Shown: positions 10,428 to 20,241, counted from the stretch's first letter. The stretch is DNA of 64,000 nucleotides from an uncultured Candidatus Saccharibacteria bacterium (GCA_964635195.1 CAZWNC010000002.1:3444-67443), one strand, 5' to 3'. The notes: generated by a model not told the origin, from the sequence alone. Numbers and translations are program-made.

Positions 10428-11987
10428 ATGAACGATACACCCCTCACCATTCCGAATGCAGACGAACTTTTGTCACTCATGTCAAACCCAACGGAAGCCG
10501 ATAAGGCACTCGTCCGCAAAGCGTTCGCATTCGCTCAAGAAGCTCACAAGGAGCACAAACGCAATAGTGGTGAGCCATATTTTAACCACCTCTTTGCAAC
10601 CGCTGTCGCGCTCGCCGAACTCGACATGGACGCACCTACCGTAGCGGCCGGCCTCCTCCATGACACCGTCGAAGACACACCCGTCACACGTGCTGAGCTC
10701 GAAAAAGAATTCGGCGCAGAGGTTGGCACACTCGTTGACGGTGTCACAAAACTTGGCGAGCTCAAATACCGCGGTACAAGTCGCCACGTCGAAAGCCTCC
10801 GACGTCTCTTTGTTGCAACCAGTAAAGATATACGAGTCCTTATGGTCAAACTCATGGACCGACGACACAACATGCAGACGCTGGAACACGTCCCTGGACA
10901 CAAACGTGCGCGCATCGCACAAGAAACACTCACAATCTATGCACCGCTCGCCGATCGTTTGGGAATGGGTAGAATAAAAGGCGAACTTGAAGACCTTTCC
11001 TTTAAGTATGTCTACCCTGAAGAGTACGAGAAAATCAAGGATATCATGCGCCTAAACAAAATCGCGCGTGAACCGCAGCTTGAAAAGGTTACCAAAACGC
11101 TCAAACGCGCACTTGCGGAACATAATATCCAAGGATTCCGTACAGAGTCACGAATCAAAGGGCTCTATTCCCTTTTTACAAAACTCAGACGCAAAGATGG
11201 TGACCTTGATAAAATCCATGACCTGCTTGCAATACGTGTGATACTTACCTCGGTCGAGGACTGCTATCGGGCGCTCGGAGTCGTCCACACACTTTGGCAC
11301 CCACTCCCGGGCAAGATCAAGGACTATATCGCATTCCCAAAACCGAATGGATACCGCTCCATTCACACCACAGTCGTCACACCAGATGCAGGTCCTGTCG
11401 AAGTACAGCTCCGCACGGACAAGATGCACACCGATGCACAATACGGTTTCGCCTCACACCTTTCGTATAAGGAACAAGGTGAGTCGTCTGCCGACCGTGG
11501 TGAACAAAAACGCAACCGCCTGTGGTACAAGCAACTCATCCCCTCCCTCCTCAGGTCTCGTCCAGTGACTCCGACATCCCGCACCAAAGACGCTCCTCTT
11601 TGGGTCGAAGAACTTGCGGAGGCGCATAATTTCGACTCGATTGAACCCAACGATCTCTTCATGCAAGAAATTCGTGACGACTTCTTCAGTCACCGCATAT
11701 TTATTTTCACTCCAAAAGGCGACGTCATAGATCTGCCCGCGAACTCAAGCCCTATAGACTTCGCGTATGCAATCCATTCAGAGATTGGCGACCACATGTC
11801 CGGAGCAAAAGTAAACGGCAAACTCGTCGCGCTCGATACAGAACTAAAGAACGGTGACATTGTCGAAATTGACACCAAACCATCTGCGCGTCCAAGCAAG
11901 AAATGGCTCGAGTACGCTAGAACGACCATGGCCCGAAAGCATATCAACCAGTACATGGTACATAAAGAGCGTGATGCACATGCATAA
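10428..11987 (+). CDS. RelA/SpoT homologue (HD hydrolase + synthetase + TGS), C-terminally short
   Basis: R.SGEPYF.H, LLHDTVED, YAPLADRLG, KDYIAFPKPNGYRSIHT, EVQLRT, TGS FTPKGD...DFAYAIH. Confidence 0.93.
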   Translation: MNDTPLTIPNADELLSLMSNPTEADKALVRKAFAFAQEAHKEHKRNSGEPYFNHLFATAVALAELDMDAPTVAAGLLHDTVEDTPVTRAELEKEFGAEVGTLVDGVTKLGELKYRGTSRHVESLRRLFVATSKDIRVLMVKLMDRRHNMQTLEHVPGHKRARIAQETLTIYAPLADRLGMGRIKGELEDLSFKYVYPEEYEKIKDIMRLNKIAREPQLEKVTKTLKRALAEHNIQGFRTESRIKGLYSLFTKLRRKDGDLDKIHDLLAIRVILTSVEDCYRALGVVHTLWHPLPGKIKDYIAFPKPNGYRSIHTTVVTPDAGPVEVQLRTDKMHTDAQYGFASHLSYKEQGESSADRGEQKRNRLWYKQLIPSLLRSRPVTPTSRTKDAPLWVEELAEAHNFDSIEPNDLFMQEIRDDFFSHRIFIFTPKGDVIDLPANSSPIDFAYAIHSEIGDHMSGAKVNGKLVALDTELKNGDIVEIDTKPSARPSKKWLEYARTTMARKHINQYMVHKERDAHA

Positions 11988-12032
11988 CGAACGCACCACG
12001 CACGGGTACCAACAACAATTTCAAGATTTGAT

Positions 12033-12482
12033 ATGAACATATGCATTTGCTCATCAATGGTGTTTTATCACCGATTCACTGAACTCAAAAAAACGCTCGA
12101 AGCGATGGGACACACCGTTTTCGCTCCTGAACTCGAATTTGAGACAACGAACGATGACACCTCTGTTGGAGGGTTCTTTGATCGAAATGGGGGTATGAAT
12201 GTATTCCCCCCTGACCATGAGGTTTGGAAAAAGAAAGGTAATGCAATACTCGCACACTTTAGAAAAATCGACCAAAGCGATTGCATTCTCGTCACTAATT
12301 ACGAAAAGAAAGGTATCCCGCATTACATCGGCGGCAATACGTTCCTTGAAATGGGGTACGCCTTTGGTGCCGGAAAGAAAATTTTTATCTTGGAAGAACT
12401 ACCGGACATTTCGGGGTATCTGGAGGAGATGCTCGGTATGCAACCGACGATCCTGAAGGGCGATGTACGGCACATGTGCTAA
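12033..12482 (+). CDS. Hypothetical protein, nucleoside 2-deoxyribosyltransferase-like fold
   Basis: ICICSSM...GHTVFAP...IDQSDCILV.N...GNTFLEMGYA...KKIF pattern typical of NDT-like N-glycosidases. Confidence 0.55.
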   Translation: MNICICSSMVFYHRFTELKKTLEAMGHTVFAPELEFETTNDDTSVGGFFDRNGGMNVFPPDHEVWKKKGNAILAHFRKIDQSDCILVTNYEKKGIPHYIGGNTFLEMGYAFGAGKKIFILEELPDISGYLEEMLGMQPTILKGDVRHMC

Positions 12483-12549
12483 CTTTTCAAAAAAAGACTG
12501 ACACAGTGTATTGAGACAACCCCATCCTGCAGGATAAAGATTCCAAGAA

Positions 12550-14055
12550 TCACGCAGCTGTCACTTTCTTTCCCTTGGTTGGACGAGCGCCGGTACGTCG
12601 AGAAAGGTCGAGCGTTTCGTCGATACGTATTTTTTCGACAAACTCCGGTACGTGCGACACGAGGAGCATGGTGCCGGCATACGCATCAAGCGCCCGCGCA
12701 ATCACCGGAATGTGTCGAAAGTTAATGTGGTTGGTCGGCTCATCAAGTATGAGGAGACCGGGACGCAAAAGCATCAAGCGCGCGAATGAGACCAGACCTT
12801 TCTGACCTTCAGAAAGTCGACCGATAGGGGTATTAATAATGTCTCCCGTGAGCAAAAAACCGGACGCAAGTGAGCGCATCTCCTCCGGACTCCCCTCCTC
12901 CATCGCCTCCATCAGACAGTCGTAAACCGTTTGATCCACATCAAGGTTGGAAAAATCTTGCCGATAGTATCCAATCTTTACCCCTTCGGCGATCTGTTCG
13001 CCTGTTGCGTGACCTGAAGCAAGTGACTCAAGCAACGTTGTCTTACCGATTCCGTTTGGCCCAACGATGTGCACATGATCCCCTCTTCGATACACGATAT
13101 CGCACGGCACGTCGGTCGGCACATGATCATTTATCACACGATACGACGTGAGAGTGAGTACTTCCATGGGAACGCCCTGTTGCACCGGTATCTCAAACGG
13201 ACGTATCGTCCGATCGTCTTTTCGTACATCGACTTTATTTTCTTCATACTCCTCCACTTTCTCACGCATCCGTTTCGCCACCATGCGCATACCACCTCCC
13301 TTGTTCGCAAAAAAGTTCGCTTTATCCTTATTTGCTTGAATCTCTTTCTCGAGCTGTGCATTCTTGCGCTTCTCACGCTCCACACGAGCGGCAATGTCGG
13401 CGACAACATCCAGGTAGTTCCCTTCATAACGTTCAATCGAACGAGTTTGCACGTTCATGTAGAGCACTCCGTGCGTGAATGCGTTCAAAAAATCCGCGTC
13501 ATGCGAGATGACGATTACGGTCTTACGATACTCTTGCAAAAACTTGGTCAGATGCTCTATACCTGCTTTGTCCAAATTATTCGTCGGCTCGTCAAGTAAC
13601 AGCACGTCCGGATTTCGTATCAGTGCGGAAGCGAGCAGTAAACGTGCTTGCTGTCCTCCGGAAAAACTCCCAACAGTACGTTCCTTGAACCCCTCGTTCT
13701 GTGGCAGATTGACAACCTCAAGTACGACATCGATCTTTGGGTCTATGTCGTACACCGTTTCAGAAAAACATGCAGCGAAGAAATCGCGCACCGTAAGCAA
13801 AAGTTCGGCACGCGGTATAACCTGTCGCGAAACAGCGATACTCGTTCGGGGAGCAATATTAATCATGCCGCTTGAAGGTGTGCACGTACCCATAATAAGC
13901 CCGAAAAGGGTACTCTTGCCCGCGCCATTCTGTCCCATCAGGGTCAATTTCGCACCACGTCGAACAGAAAAACTCGCAGTGGTGAGTATCGGGCGTGCAG
14001 GACCGTACTCAAAAGTTACGTCCTTGAAGGCGATAAGTCCAACATCATTTGACAT
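12550..14055 (-). CDS. ABC-F family ATPase
   Basis: Two ABC domains (GQNGAGKST/FSGGQ/LLLDEPTN; GPNGIGKTT/LSEGQ/LILDEPTNH), charged linker, no TM segments. Confidence 0.93.
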   Translation of the reverse strand: MSNDVGLIAFKDVTFEYGPARPILTTASFSVRRGAKLTLMGQNGAGKSTLFGLIMGTCTPSSGMINIAPRTSIAVSRQVIPRAELLLTVRDFFAACFSETVYDIDPKIDVVLEVVNLPQNEGFKERTVGSFSGGQQARLLLASALIRNPDVLLLDEPTNNLDKAGIEHLTKFLQEYRKTVIVISHDADFLNAFTHGVLYMNVQTRSIERYEGNYLDVVADIAARVEREKRKNAQLEKEIQANKDKANFFANKGGGMRMVAKRMREKVEEYEENKVDVRKDDRTIRPFEIPVQQGVPMEVLTLTSYRVINDHVPTDVPCDIVYRRGDHVHIVGPNGIGKTTLLESLASGHATGEQIAEGVKIGYYRQDFSNLDVDQTVYDCLMEAMEEGSPEEMRSLASGFLLTGDIINTPIGRLSEGQKGLVSFARLMLLRPGLLILDEPTNHINFRHIPVIARALDAYAGTMLLVSHVPEFVEKIRIDETLDLSRRTGARPTKGKKVTAA

Positions 14056-14363
14056 GAATGTCTAGCGTACACCACAATCAGCACAAGAGCAACCGATCAA
14101 CGTGCAAAATCAGAGTTTATCACAGTCGATTGCCCGAATTAATGGTCGCGAAACGATGTCTACACCGACCAATTCCATGTAACCTTACGCAATGTCTGCC
14201 ACTTGCGTCGTGCGCTTCTCTTACATACATATTCCCGTTCGCCGCGCCTATAAGCCACCTGTCGCTATTTTTCGCCCCAAGACAAGGCGGGAAAACCACG
14301 TTATATAATAACATTTTTGCGATAACCTGCGTGAAGACGGTTAGTAGAAGGTGTGCGGTTACC

Positions 14364-14837
14364 TCAGCGCATACCTGGTGCTCTCACCGCGAGGGTCTGT
14401 GTGATAAAACGCACCCGATCGGACAAAAGTGTCCCGCGCCGGAAATGTTCAGCTATCACTTCCGGTCGCAGTCGGACGTCACTCCCGGGTTTCAACCATT
14501 CCATTGCGGCAATCTCGTATCCATGCGACGCTTCGGCAACGCGTGTATGCATAAAGTCGGAACCGTTTATAACTTCCATCAAAAACTCAAGGATTTGCAC
14601 ACCCTCCTCATCGAAGAACGTATGGACAAAAAGCAGTCTCCCGAGCTCCGCCTTTACTCCCAATTCCTCAAAAAGCTCTCTTTCAAGACACTCCGGCACC
14701 TCCTCTCCTTGTTCGAGGTGTCCTCCCGGCAATACCGCGAAACTCAAATCATGCGCATGACGCACCACCAGCAAACGACCTTCGTGGAGAATGACACCAC
14801 GGCAGCGAGCGAGAAAATGAGTGTGTTGTGTAGGCAT
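14364..14837 (-). CDS. NUDIX hydrolase
   Basis: Nudix box GGHLEQGEEVPECLERELFEELG. Confidence 0.88.
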   Translation of the reverse strand: MPTQHTHFLARCRGVILHEGRLLVVRHAHDLSFAVLPGGHLEQGEEVPECLERELFEELGVKAELGRLLFVHTFFDEEGVQILEFLMEVINGSDFMHTRVAEASHGYEIAAMEWLKPGSDVRLRPEVIAEHFRRGTLLSDRVRFITQTLAVRAPGMR

Positions 14838-14935
14838 GCTGGAAGAAATTTCATTACGTACGGAAAACCTATAGCTTGCCCGTCAAACAAAGTACCGAGA
14901 CGCGGTCTAAGCACGTATTCCACCTTCAGTGACTG

Positions 14936-15358
14936 CTAGTGCAGTCGTTTCGGTGAATCTTCCAGGGACACCATGTTCGGCAGAGGTATGGCAAGCAAAT
15001 CCCGCATATTCTTTTCCATCTCTGCATGATCGTTCTGTATCTTTTCGAGCTTGGCCAGCAACTCCTCAATGTGTGCCGCCAAAGTATCACGCAGCGGATC
15101 ATCCGGTGCCGCATCACGAAGTGCCTTTTTCGCAAAGGTGATATGATCTGAGAACAGTTTTACACTCTCCTCGATTACCCTGAGAAGCTCCTGCATCTGC
15201 ACAATCGTATGTTCAAGTTTTTCGTATGAATTCCGTATTTTCGCAATTTCTTCCACGGGTATATGCACTGCATTGGCGCGCCATGCGGCTGCACCTGAGA
15301 GTGCACCATCGTACGGAATATGATTTTCGCCTGTATGTTTCATATCTTTTATATACAT
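14936..15358 (-). CDS. Hypothetical coiled-coil protein
   Basis: 140-aa ORF with heptad-like E/K/L-rich helices; fills the gap between NUDIX and ROK genes; start may be ATG 15343. Confidence 0.6.
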   Translation of the reverse strand: MYIKDMKHTGENHIPYDGALSGAAAWRANAVHIPVEEIAKIRNSYEKLEHTIVQMQELLRVIEESVKLFSDHITFAKKALRDAAPDDPLRDTLAAHIEELLAKLEKIQNDHAEMEKNMRDLLAIPLPNMVSLEDSPKRLH

Positions 15359-15408
15359 TACTACGCTCTCCTATGAAATATTCACTCTCCTAAACACTCT
15401 GTCATACA

Positions 15409-16299
15409 CTATCGTTCGTTACCCCTGCAGGTACATGATTTGCATCGTACCGCATCAGTATGTCTCTGCTGTACAAGCTCCATCGCCCCGTACAGCCCAC
15501 CAAAGTCACCCAACCCTGCCTGCTTGATCTCGGGTACACGCGGATACGAAAGTATTGAGCGAAGGTGTTCACTGATGCGCGCAACGGGTATTGCCGGGTC
15601 ACCAGTGATCATTGAACCTCCGAGCACAACCGCATCGGGCGACCAGTGCACGATTGTGTTGTTGAGCATGTACGCACACCATCGCGCGAGCTCTTCCCAT
15701 ACCGCGGGGTCATGTACCTCGTAGGGCTTCATACCAAATCGACGCTCGGTTGCCGTACCGGACGCATATCCTTCTATGGTAGCTCGCTCACAGGTAGGAA
15801 AGGCGCTCCTATCAAAATCGATATACTGCCGTCCCGGCTCAGTACTGATTCCTATCGATTCGATACGTTCTCGTACGATACGTGCCCCACCAATACCGGT
15901 GGATACGGTCATATAGGCAACCACCTCGTGTCCTCGCCCTGCCCCATGTACTGCTTCGCCAAGGCCGATTACAGCAGTATCGTTGTCAAGATACACCGGT
16001 ACCCCGAAAAACGAAGTGCACTCATCTACAAATGACTGTACGAACCACTCTTGCGGCAAGTGTGGCGCCGGACACAATGTTACTGTGCCGCCAGTCCGAT
16101 TCACCGGACAGGCAATACCGCCCCCCAAAGCCTCGATCGGAGCATCTCCACCAAGTTCATGTGCGACATTGCGTATGGTGGTAAGCAAAAGATTCAAATC
16201 CTTTGGTGTGTCGAACTTTTTGGGTGACACGAACTCCTTGCCATCATGTGAAATTGAGACGCGCGTCTTCGTGCCTCCTATATCAAAGTAGACGTACAT
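15409..16299 (-). CDS. ROK family sugar kinase
   Basis: FDIGGTKT, LDND, LGEAVHGAG, TVSTGIGG, EGYASG, VVLGGS; no HTH domain. Confidence 0.9.
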   Translation of the reverse strand: MYVYFDIGGTKTRVSISHDGKEFVSPKKFDTPKDLNLLLTTIRNVAHELGGDAPIEALGGGIACPVNRTGGTVTLCPAPHLPQEWFVQSFVDECTSFFGVPVYLDNDTAVIGLGEAVHGAGRGHEVVAYMTVSTGIGGARIVRERIESIGISTEPGRQYIDFDRSAFPTCERATIEGYASGTATERRFGMKPYEVHDPAVWEELARWCAYMLNNTIVHWSPDAVVLGGSMITGDPAIPVARISEHLRSILSYPRVPEIKQAGLGDFGGLYGAMELVQQRHTDAVRCKSCTCRGNER

Positions 16300-16625
16300 G
16301 TTGTATTAATTTACTACTAACACCCGCGAGTTCATTTCGTGCGCCTGAAACGATACGAATGGTGCCTATACATAGTACCATTGTGTCGGATGAAAAAACA
16401 CAGGACAACAGCATTCGCACCATTTACACAAACTTCTTCCTAATGAATGCTGACGAACTCGTATGGTATACACGCAAACAAACGAGCGACATTGGAGAGT
16501 GACGAGAATTATCTTGGAAAAAGATAATTTCACAGCATACGCTTCACTTTACCTGAAAAAGGTGTGAATCATCAAAGCACCACTTCGATTGCACACATAA
16601 TTCATTGAAAGTTTACCCCGAGAGA

Positions 16626-16868
16626 TTATGTACGCTTCTTCCGAATCGTTCGCAAATACAGCCTCTCAACCTTATTTCGTGCCCAAGGCGTTTTGCGGAG
16701 AAAGGTAAGGCTTGATTGTATACTTGGCTCTATAGCAAAGCATTTTATGCGTATCTGTGCAGCAAGTTCCGTCCATCCATACTCAGCGACCAAATACTCG
16801 AGGATCGTCTTGAGGGTAATGCCATGCAAAGGATCTTTTGGATGCAGGTTCGAATCAGATTCGGTCAT
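16626..16868 (-). CDS. VF530/DUF2132 family small putative DNA-binding protein
   Basis: DPLHGITL..IL..LV..YGW..L...I.I.CF...PSI.SSL.FLRKTPWAR.KVE.LYL; start chosen 6 nt after a TATACT box. Confidence 0.85.
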   Translation of the reverse strand: MTESDSNLHPKDPLHGITLKTILEYLVAEYGWTELAAQIRIKCFAIEPSIQSSLTFLRKTPWARNKVERLYLRTIRKKRT

Positions 16869-17086
16869 GGGCATAGTATACACTTTAATTTCGTAGCCAC
16901 TCGTACATATCCGCCACAGCACATATGCTCAGGATATGGTGTGTCCCGAACGCCAATCACATGCGTCCCGCAACACACATGGATAATAGATGTAATGCAA
17001 CCCAAGATACCACGGCAGTATGCGTACCTATTCATGCGTGTACCCATTTCAAATGGATGTCACACAAATATATACGCTGTCACGAC

Positions 17087-17401
17087 TTACGCATCGATCT
17101 TCGCTGCAAGAATAAAATCATTTTCCGAAAGACCGCTTATCGAGTGAGTCGTAAGTGTGAGCGTCACAACGTTGTAGGTAATGGTAATATCGGGATGATG
17201 ACCTTCCTGCTCAGCAAGTGTCGCCACTTTATTTACAAAAAGCATCGCGTCTGCAAAGCTCGCGAAGCGATACGTGCGTGTCAGGTACGTATCCTGCAAG
17301 TCCCAGCCCGGCACTTGAAGCAAAAGCTCTTGTGCGTAATCCTTGAGCAAGGGTGGCACATTACCCTCGCACGGTATGCACTGTTTGTGTATCAAATTCA
17401 T
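17087..17401 (-). CDS. phhB: Pterin-4-alpha-carbinolamine dehydratase
   Basis: C.PC N-terminus, AEQEGHHPDI, LTTH...GLSENDFILAAKID. Confidence 0.93.
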   Translation of the reverse strand: MNLIHKQCIPCEGNVPPLLKDYAQELLLQVPGWDLQDTYLTRTYRFASFADAMLFVNKVATLAEQEGHHPDITITYNVVTLTLTTHSISGLSENDFILAAKIDA

Positions 17402-17713
17402 TGTAGACAGTGTACCACGGAAGTAGACCGCGGTCAGTTACCATCGGTAGATCTCCGAAAAAAACCGGTGGTAATTTTTTCACCACTATTCGCTACCACA
17501 AGCTACTCACATCTTTCGATGCGGGCACCCCGCCAACAGCAGGGGCGGCGCTTCCTCCCTTACGGTCGGCGACATGGCCGTCGCACCGCTCTGGGACCAC
17601 GACTACCACCTCGCGCCTGAAGTGCCATTACCATACAAACTCACTTACCTTAACGCGTGTGGCAGAGATATACGATACCGTGTGGATTCCAGGAAGTGTG
17701 TACACAATTACCA

Positions 17714-18791
17714 GGCGAATTCGACTTCCTAACCGAACACTTATCCGTTTAAGTGTTCACTAATGAAGAAACGACAAAGAACCTATACTCGCATGAGCGA
17801 CACGGAACTCGACCGTGTCGCTGAATTACGTGCACAAGGTGTGAGCGTATCCGATATCGCTCGCGATCTCAACAGAGCAAAGTCGAGCATTTCGGAGTTA
17901 CTCGCGTCTAACAGTGACAAACGCGGTGCAGGTGGTGGCACGTTCCGTGCAGCGCTTGCGGTACATCGCAGGGCGGAGCGGAAGAAACGTCAACGCAAGC
18001 ATGTGAAGCTTGAGTGCAACGAAGATTTACTTCTTGAGTTGTATGTCCGCTTAGTGTTCCTTCACCACTCACCGGAACAAATTGCCTCACGACTGCAAAA
18101 AGAGTACCCTCAAGATACGACCATGCACCTAACCGCCGAGACTATCTACGAGTATGTGTTTGTACGCGCACGTGGCACTCTTCGAGACGACCTTGTTGCA
18201 TCCTTGCGACACCCACAACGTCACCAAGGACAACGTAGAAGAAGGGCTACGTTGCAAGGTAAATTACCCAACATCCTTTCAATTGATGAGCGGCCGGAAG
18301 GAGTACTCACGAGGCGCATACCCGGTCACTGGGAAAGCGACCTCATTGTGGGAAAAGAACATCATTCAGCGCTCATCTCGCTTGTCGAGCGGAAGTTCCG
18401 GTACCTCATCCTCATTCGTATCACCGCACTTGATGCCGAAACGTTCGCGACCAAGGTAGCAGACGCACTCAACACCCTTCCGAAGAAACTGCGCCGTACT
18501 ATGACTCATGATAACGGTAAGGAGATTGCTAAGGCGTTCGACATCGAAACAAAGACCGGTATTCGCGTGTATGTTGCACACCCGCACTCCCCTTGGGAGC
18601 GAGGTACGAACGAGAATACTAACGGTCTCGTGCGAGAGTTCTTTCCGAAAGGTACCGACTTTAGAGAGGTGACCGATGAGGATGTGTTCTATGTCCAAGA
18701 GCTCATCAATAGTAGACCAAGGAAAGCGCTTGACTGGGCGACGCCCACCGAGGCATTATTAGCATCGTTCGGTTAGGAAGTTGAATTCGCC
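17714..18791 (+). mobile_element. Complete IS30-family insertion sequence (1078 bp)
   Basis: IRL GGCGAATTCGACTTCCTAACCGAAC (17714-17738) and IRR (18767-18791) match at 24/25; flanked by CCA on both sides (17711-17713, 18792-18794); transposase stop lies inside the IRR. Confidence 0.95.
17763..18776 (+). CDS. IS30 family DDE transposase
   Basis: N-terminal HTH, SPEQIA, ETIY, GHWESDLI, TMTHDNGKE, PHSPWERGTNENTNGLVREFFPKG, RPRK.L. Confidence 0.97.
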   Translation: MKKRQRTYTRMSDTELDRVAELRAQGVSVSDIARDLNRAKSSISELLASNSDKRGAGGGTFRAALAVHRRAERKKRQRKHVKLECNEDLLLELYVRLVFLHHSPEQIASRLQKEYPQDTTMHLTAETIYEYVFVRARGTLRDDLVASLRHPQRHQGQRRRRATLQGKLPNILSIDERPEGVLTRRIPGHWESDLIVGKEHHSALISLVERKFRYLILIRITALDAETFATKVADALNTLPKKLRRTMTHDNGKEIAKAFDIETKTGIRVYVAHPHSPWERGTNENTNGLVREFFPKGTDFREVTDEDVFYVQELINSRPRKALDWATPTEALLASFG

Positions 18792-18801
18792 CCACCTGTG
18801 A

Positions 18802-18829
18802 TTGACATTTGTATATATTATGCTATAAT
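18802..18829 (+). promoter_or_regulatory. Consensus sigma70 promoter TTGACA-N16-TATAAT with extended TG
   Basis: TTGACA 18802-18807, TGc-TATAAT with hexamer at 18824-18829; GAGAGG SD-like before ATG 18883. Confidence 0.8.
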
Positions 18830-18882
18830 GACAAAAGTGATGCAGGCATGTCGTCTGCACACCGTACCTTGAGAGGTTTGAG

Positions 18883-19419
18883 ATGCAGAAATTTTTTGTT
18901 TCATTGGCCCTGCTGTGCTCAGTTTTCACGGCCGCCGAGGCCGCCGTTTCGATCGGCAACACCCAACGGGTGCTGCCGAACTATGAAATGCGTATGTGGG
19001 GCGGAATCACGCTCCAGGACGTGCGACTCCTTGAAATCAGGAACGCACTGAATGGTGCCGTGCAGGAGTACCAGCTGACCGTGCTGAAGAAGCCGGCGGG
19101 TTGTGTACAACTTGGTCAGGGCTGCGGTGCAGCGCTGGCGTTCTACGCACCCGCAGTGGTCAACGAGGAGTGCGCACTCAGAGTGCGCGTTCTCGCTTCG
19201 GGAGGGAAATGGAAGATGGAGCTGGTGCAAACGACACCAGACAAGACCTTTCTTGCCGGCAAGGAGCTGCACGTAAGCGGCGCACATCAAAATGTTATCG
19301 ACCTCACCAAGGTCGTGTACGTTGATGCGCCCGACGCAAAGCTGGTCGGCGTATTGGTCAACCCCTACGAAGTGGGTAAGACCACACGAGCGGCAGGCTT
19401 GGGCGCAGTTTGCCAATAA
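18883..19419 (+). CDS. Secreted hypothetical protein
   Basis: Sec signal peptide (MQKFFVSLALLCSVFTAAEA), four Cys in the mature part, own promoter, SD and terminator. Confidence 0.8.
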   Translation: MQKFFVSLALLCSVFTAAEAAVSIGNTQRVLPNYEMRMWGGITLQDVRLLEIRNALNGAVQEYQLTVLKKPAGCVQLGQGCGAALAFYAPAVVNEECALRVRVLASGGKWKMELVQTTPDKTFLAGKELHVSGAHQNVIDLTKVVYVDAPDAKLVGVLVNPYEVGKTTRAAGLGAVCQ

Positions 19420-19460
19420 ACAACTAAGCTTAAGGGAGTGGTACCCTGTAAATTGCCACA

Positions 19461-19486
19461 CCCCGAGTCACAAGCTCGGGGTTTTT
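19461..19486 (+). terminator. Intrinsic terminator
   Basis: CCCCGAG-TCACAAG-CTCGGGG followed by TTTTT. Confidence 0.8.
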
Positions 19487-19508
19487 GTATTCCACACTAC
19501 ATTGCATG

Positions 19509-20192
19509 CTACAACAGATCATACACAAATTGATCGAACGCCATGGTGAGCGAATCACGCTGTGCGACAAAAGAGGTATAGTGCGCTTCAAGTTCCGCAT
19601 GACGTGTTTCGGCCTCCGTGGTAATCGCATTAATCGAGCGTTTATGTTCATCAGTCAACTCACCTCCGTCTTCGAGCACTCGTGTGATGATGGCGTACGT
19701 ATGCTCATGTGTTTCCGAAAGGTTAGCAATAATTCGTGCCGACGTTTCGGCACACGCGCGCGCAAGCGACACAAGATTGTGTGCCTGCTCGCGCGCACGC
19801 ATGCCCGTAAAAATACGTGACATGGTATCGAGATTTTGAATGTTTAAGTACAGTTCGTCTTGTGCGACCGCGGCGTCCGCTATTCCCTTCTGAATCGAAT
19901 CGAGATGCGTAAACGCGACACGCGCGAGTGCCTCACGCTCACCACTCGTTAGCGTGCCGGTCAGAATGTCTTGCAGCAACGCAAGGAGTTCACTTCTATC
20001 GGAGTTCTTTTCGGTACTGGGACTGTGTACGAGAGCTGCGACCCGCGTTGCCGACACGTCGTAGGTGCTGTACGCATCGATGAATCCTACGACACTCGAC
20101 CGCTCACCCTCAAACCCGCCATAGTAGAGCCACGCGTAGGCACCACCACCCCCAAGCATGAGTGCGCAGAGTAGTGTCAAAAAAATTCGCAT
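19509..20192 (-). CDS. Membrane-anchored helical hypothetical protein
   Basis: N-terminal TM anchor, then amphipathic helices; directly downstream of and co-oriented with the giant gene. Confidence 0.75.
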   Translation of the reverse strand: MRIFLTLLCALMLGGGGAYAWLYYGGFEGERSSVVGFIDAYSTYDVSATRVAALVHSPSTEKNSDRSELLALLQDILTGTLTSGEREALARVAFTHLDSIQKGIADAAVAQDELYLNIQNLDTMSRIFTGMRAREQAHNLVSLARACAETSARIIANLSETHEHTYAIITRVLEDGGELTDEHKRSINAITTEAETRHAELEAHYTSFVAQRDSLTMAFDQFVYDLL

Positions 20193-20241
20193 AGTACGTT
20201 GTTATCCTGTAAATGGGAGGTCTCTATGCCCCACGCACCAT

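Noticed and set aside
14058-14939. 293-aa plus-strand ORF
   Set aside because: Overlaps the NUDIX gene antisense; composition is not protein-like.
14060-17410. Run of short co-oriented genes with palindromic spacers as a possible integron cassette array
   Set aside because: No consistent RYYYAAC...GTTRRRY attC boundaries, no integrase, and several genes have their own promoters.
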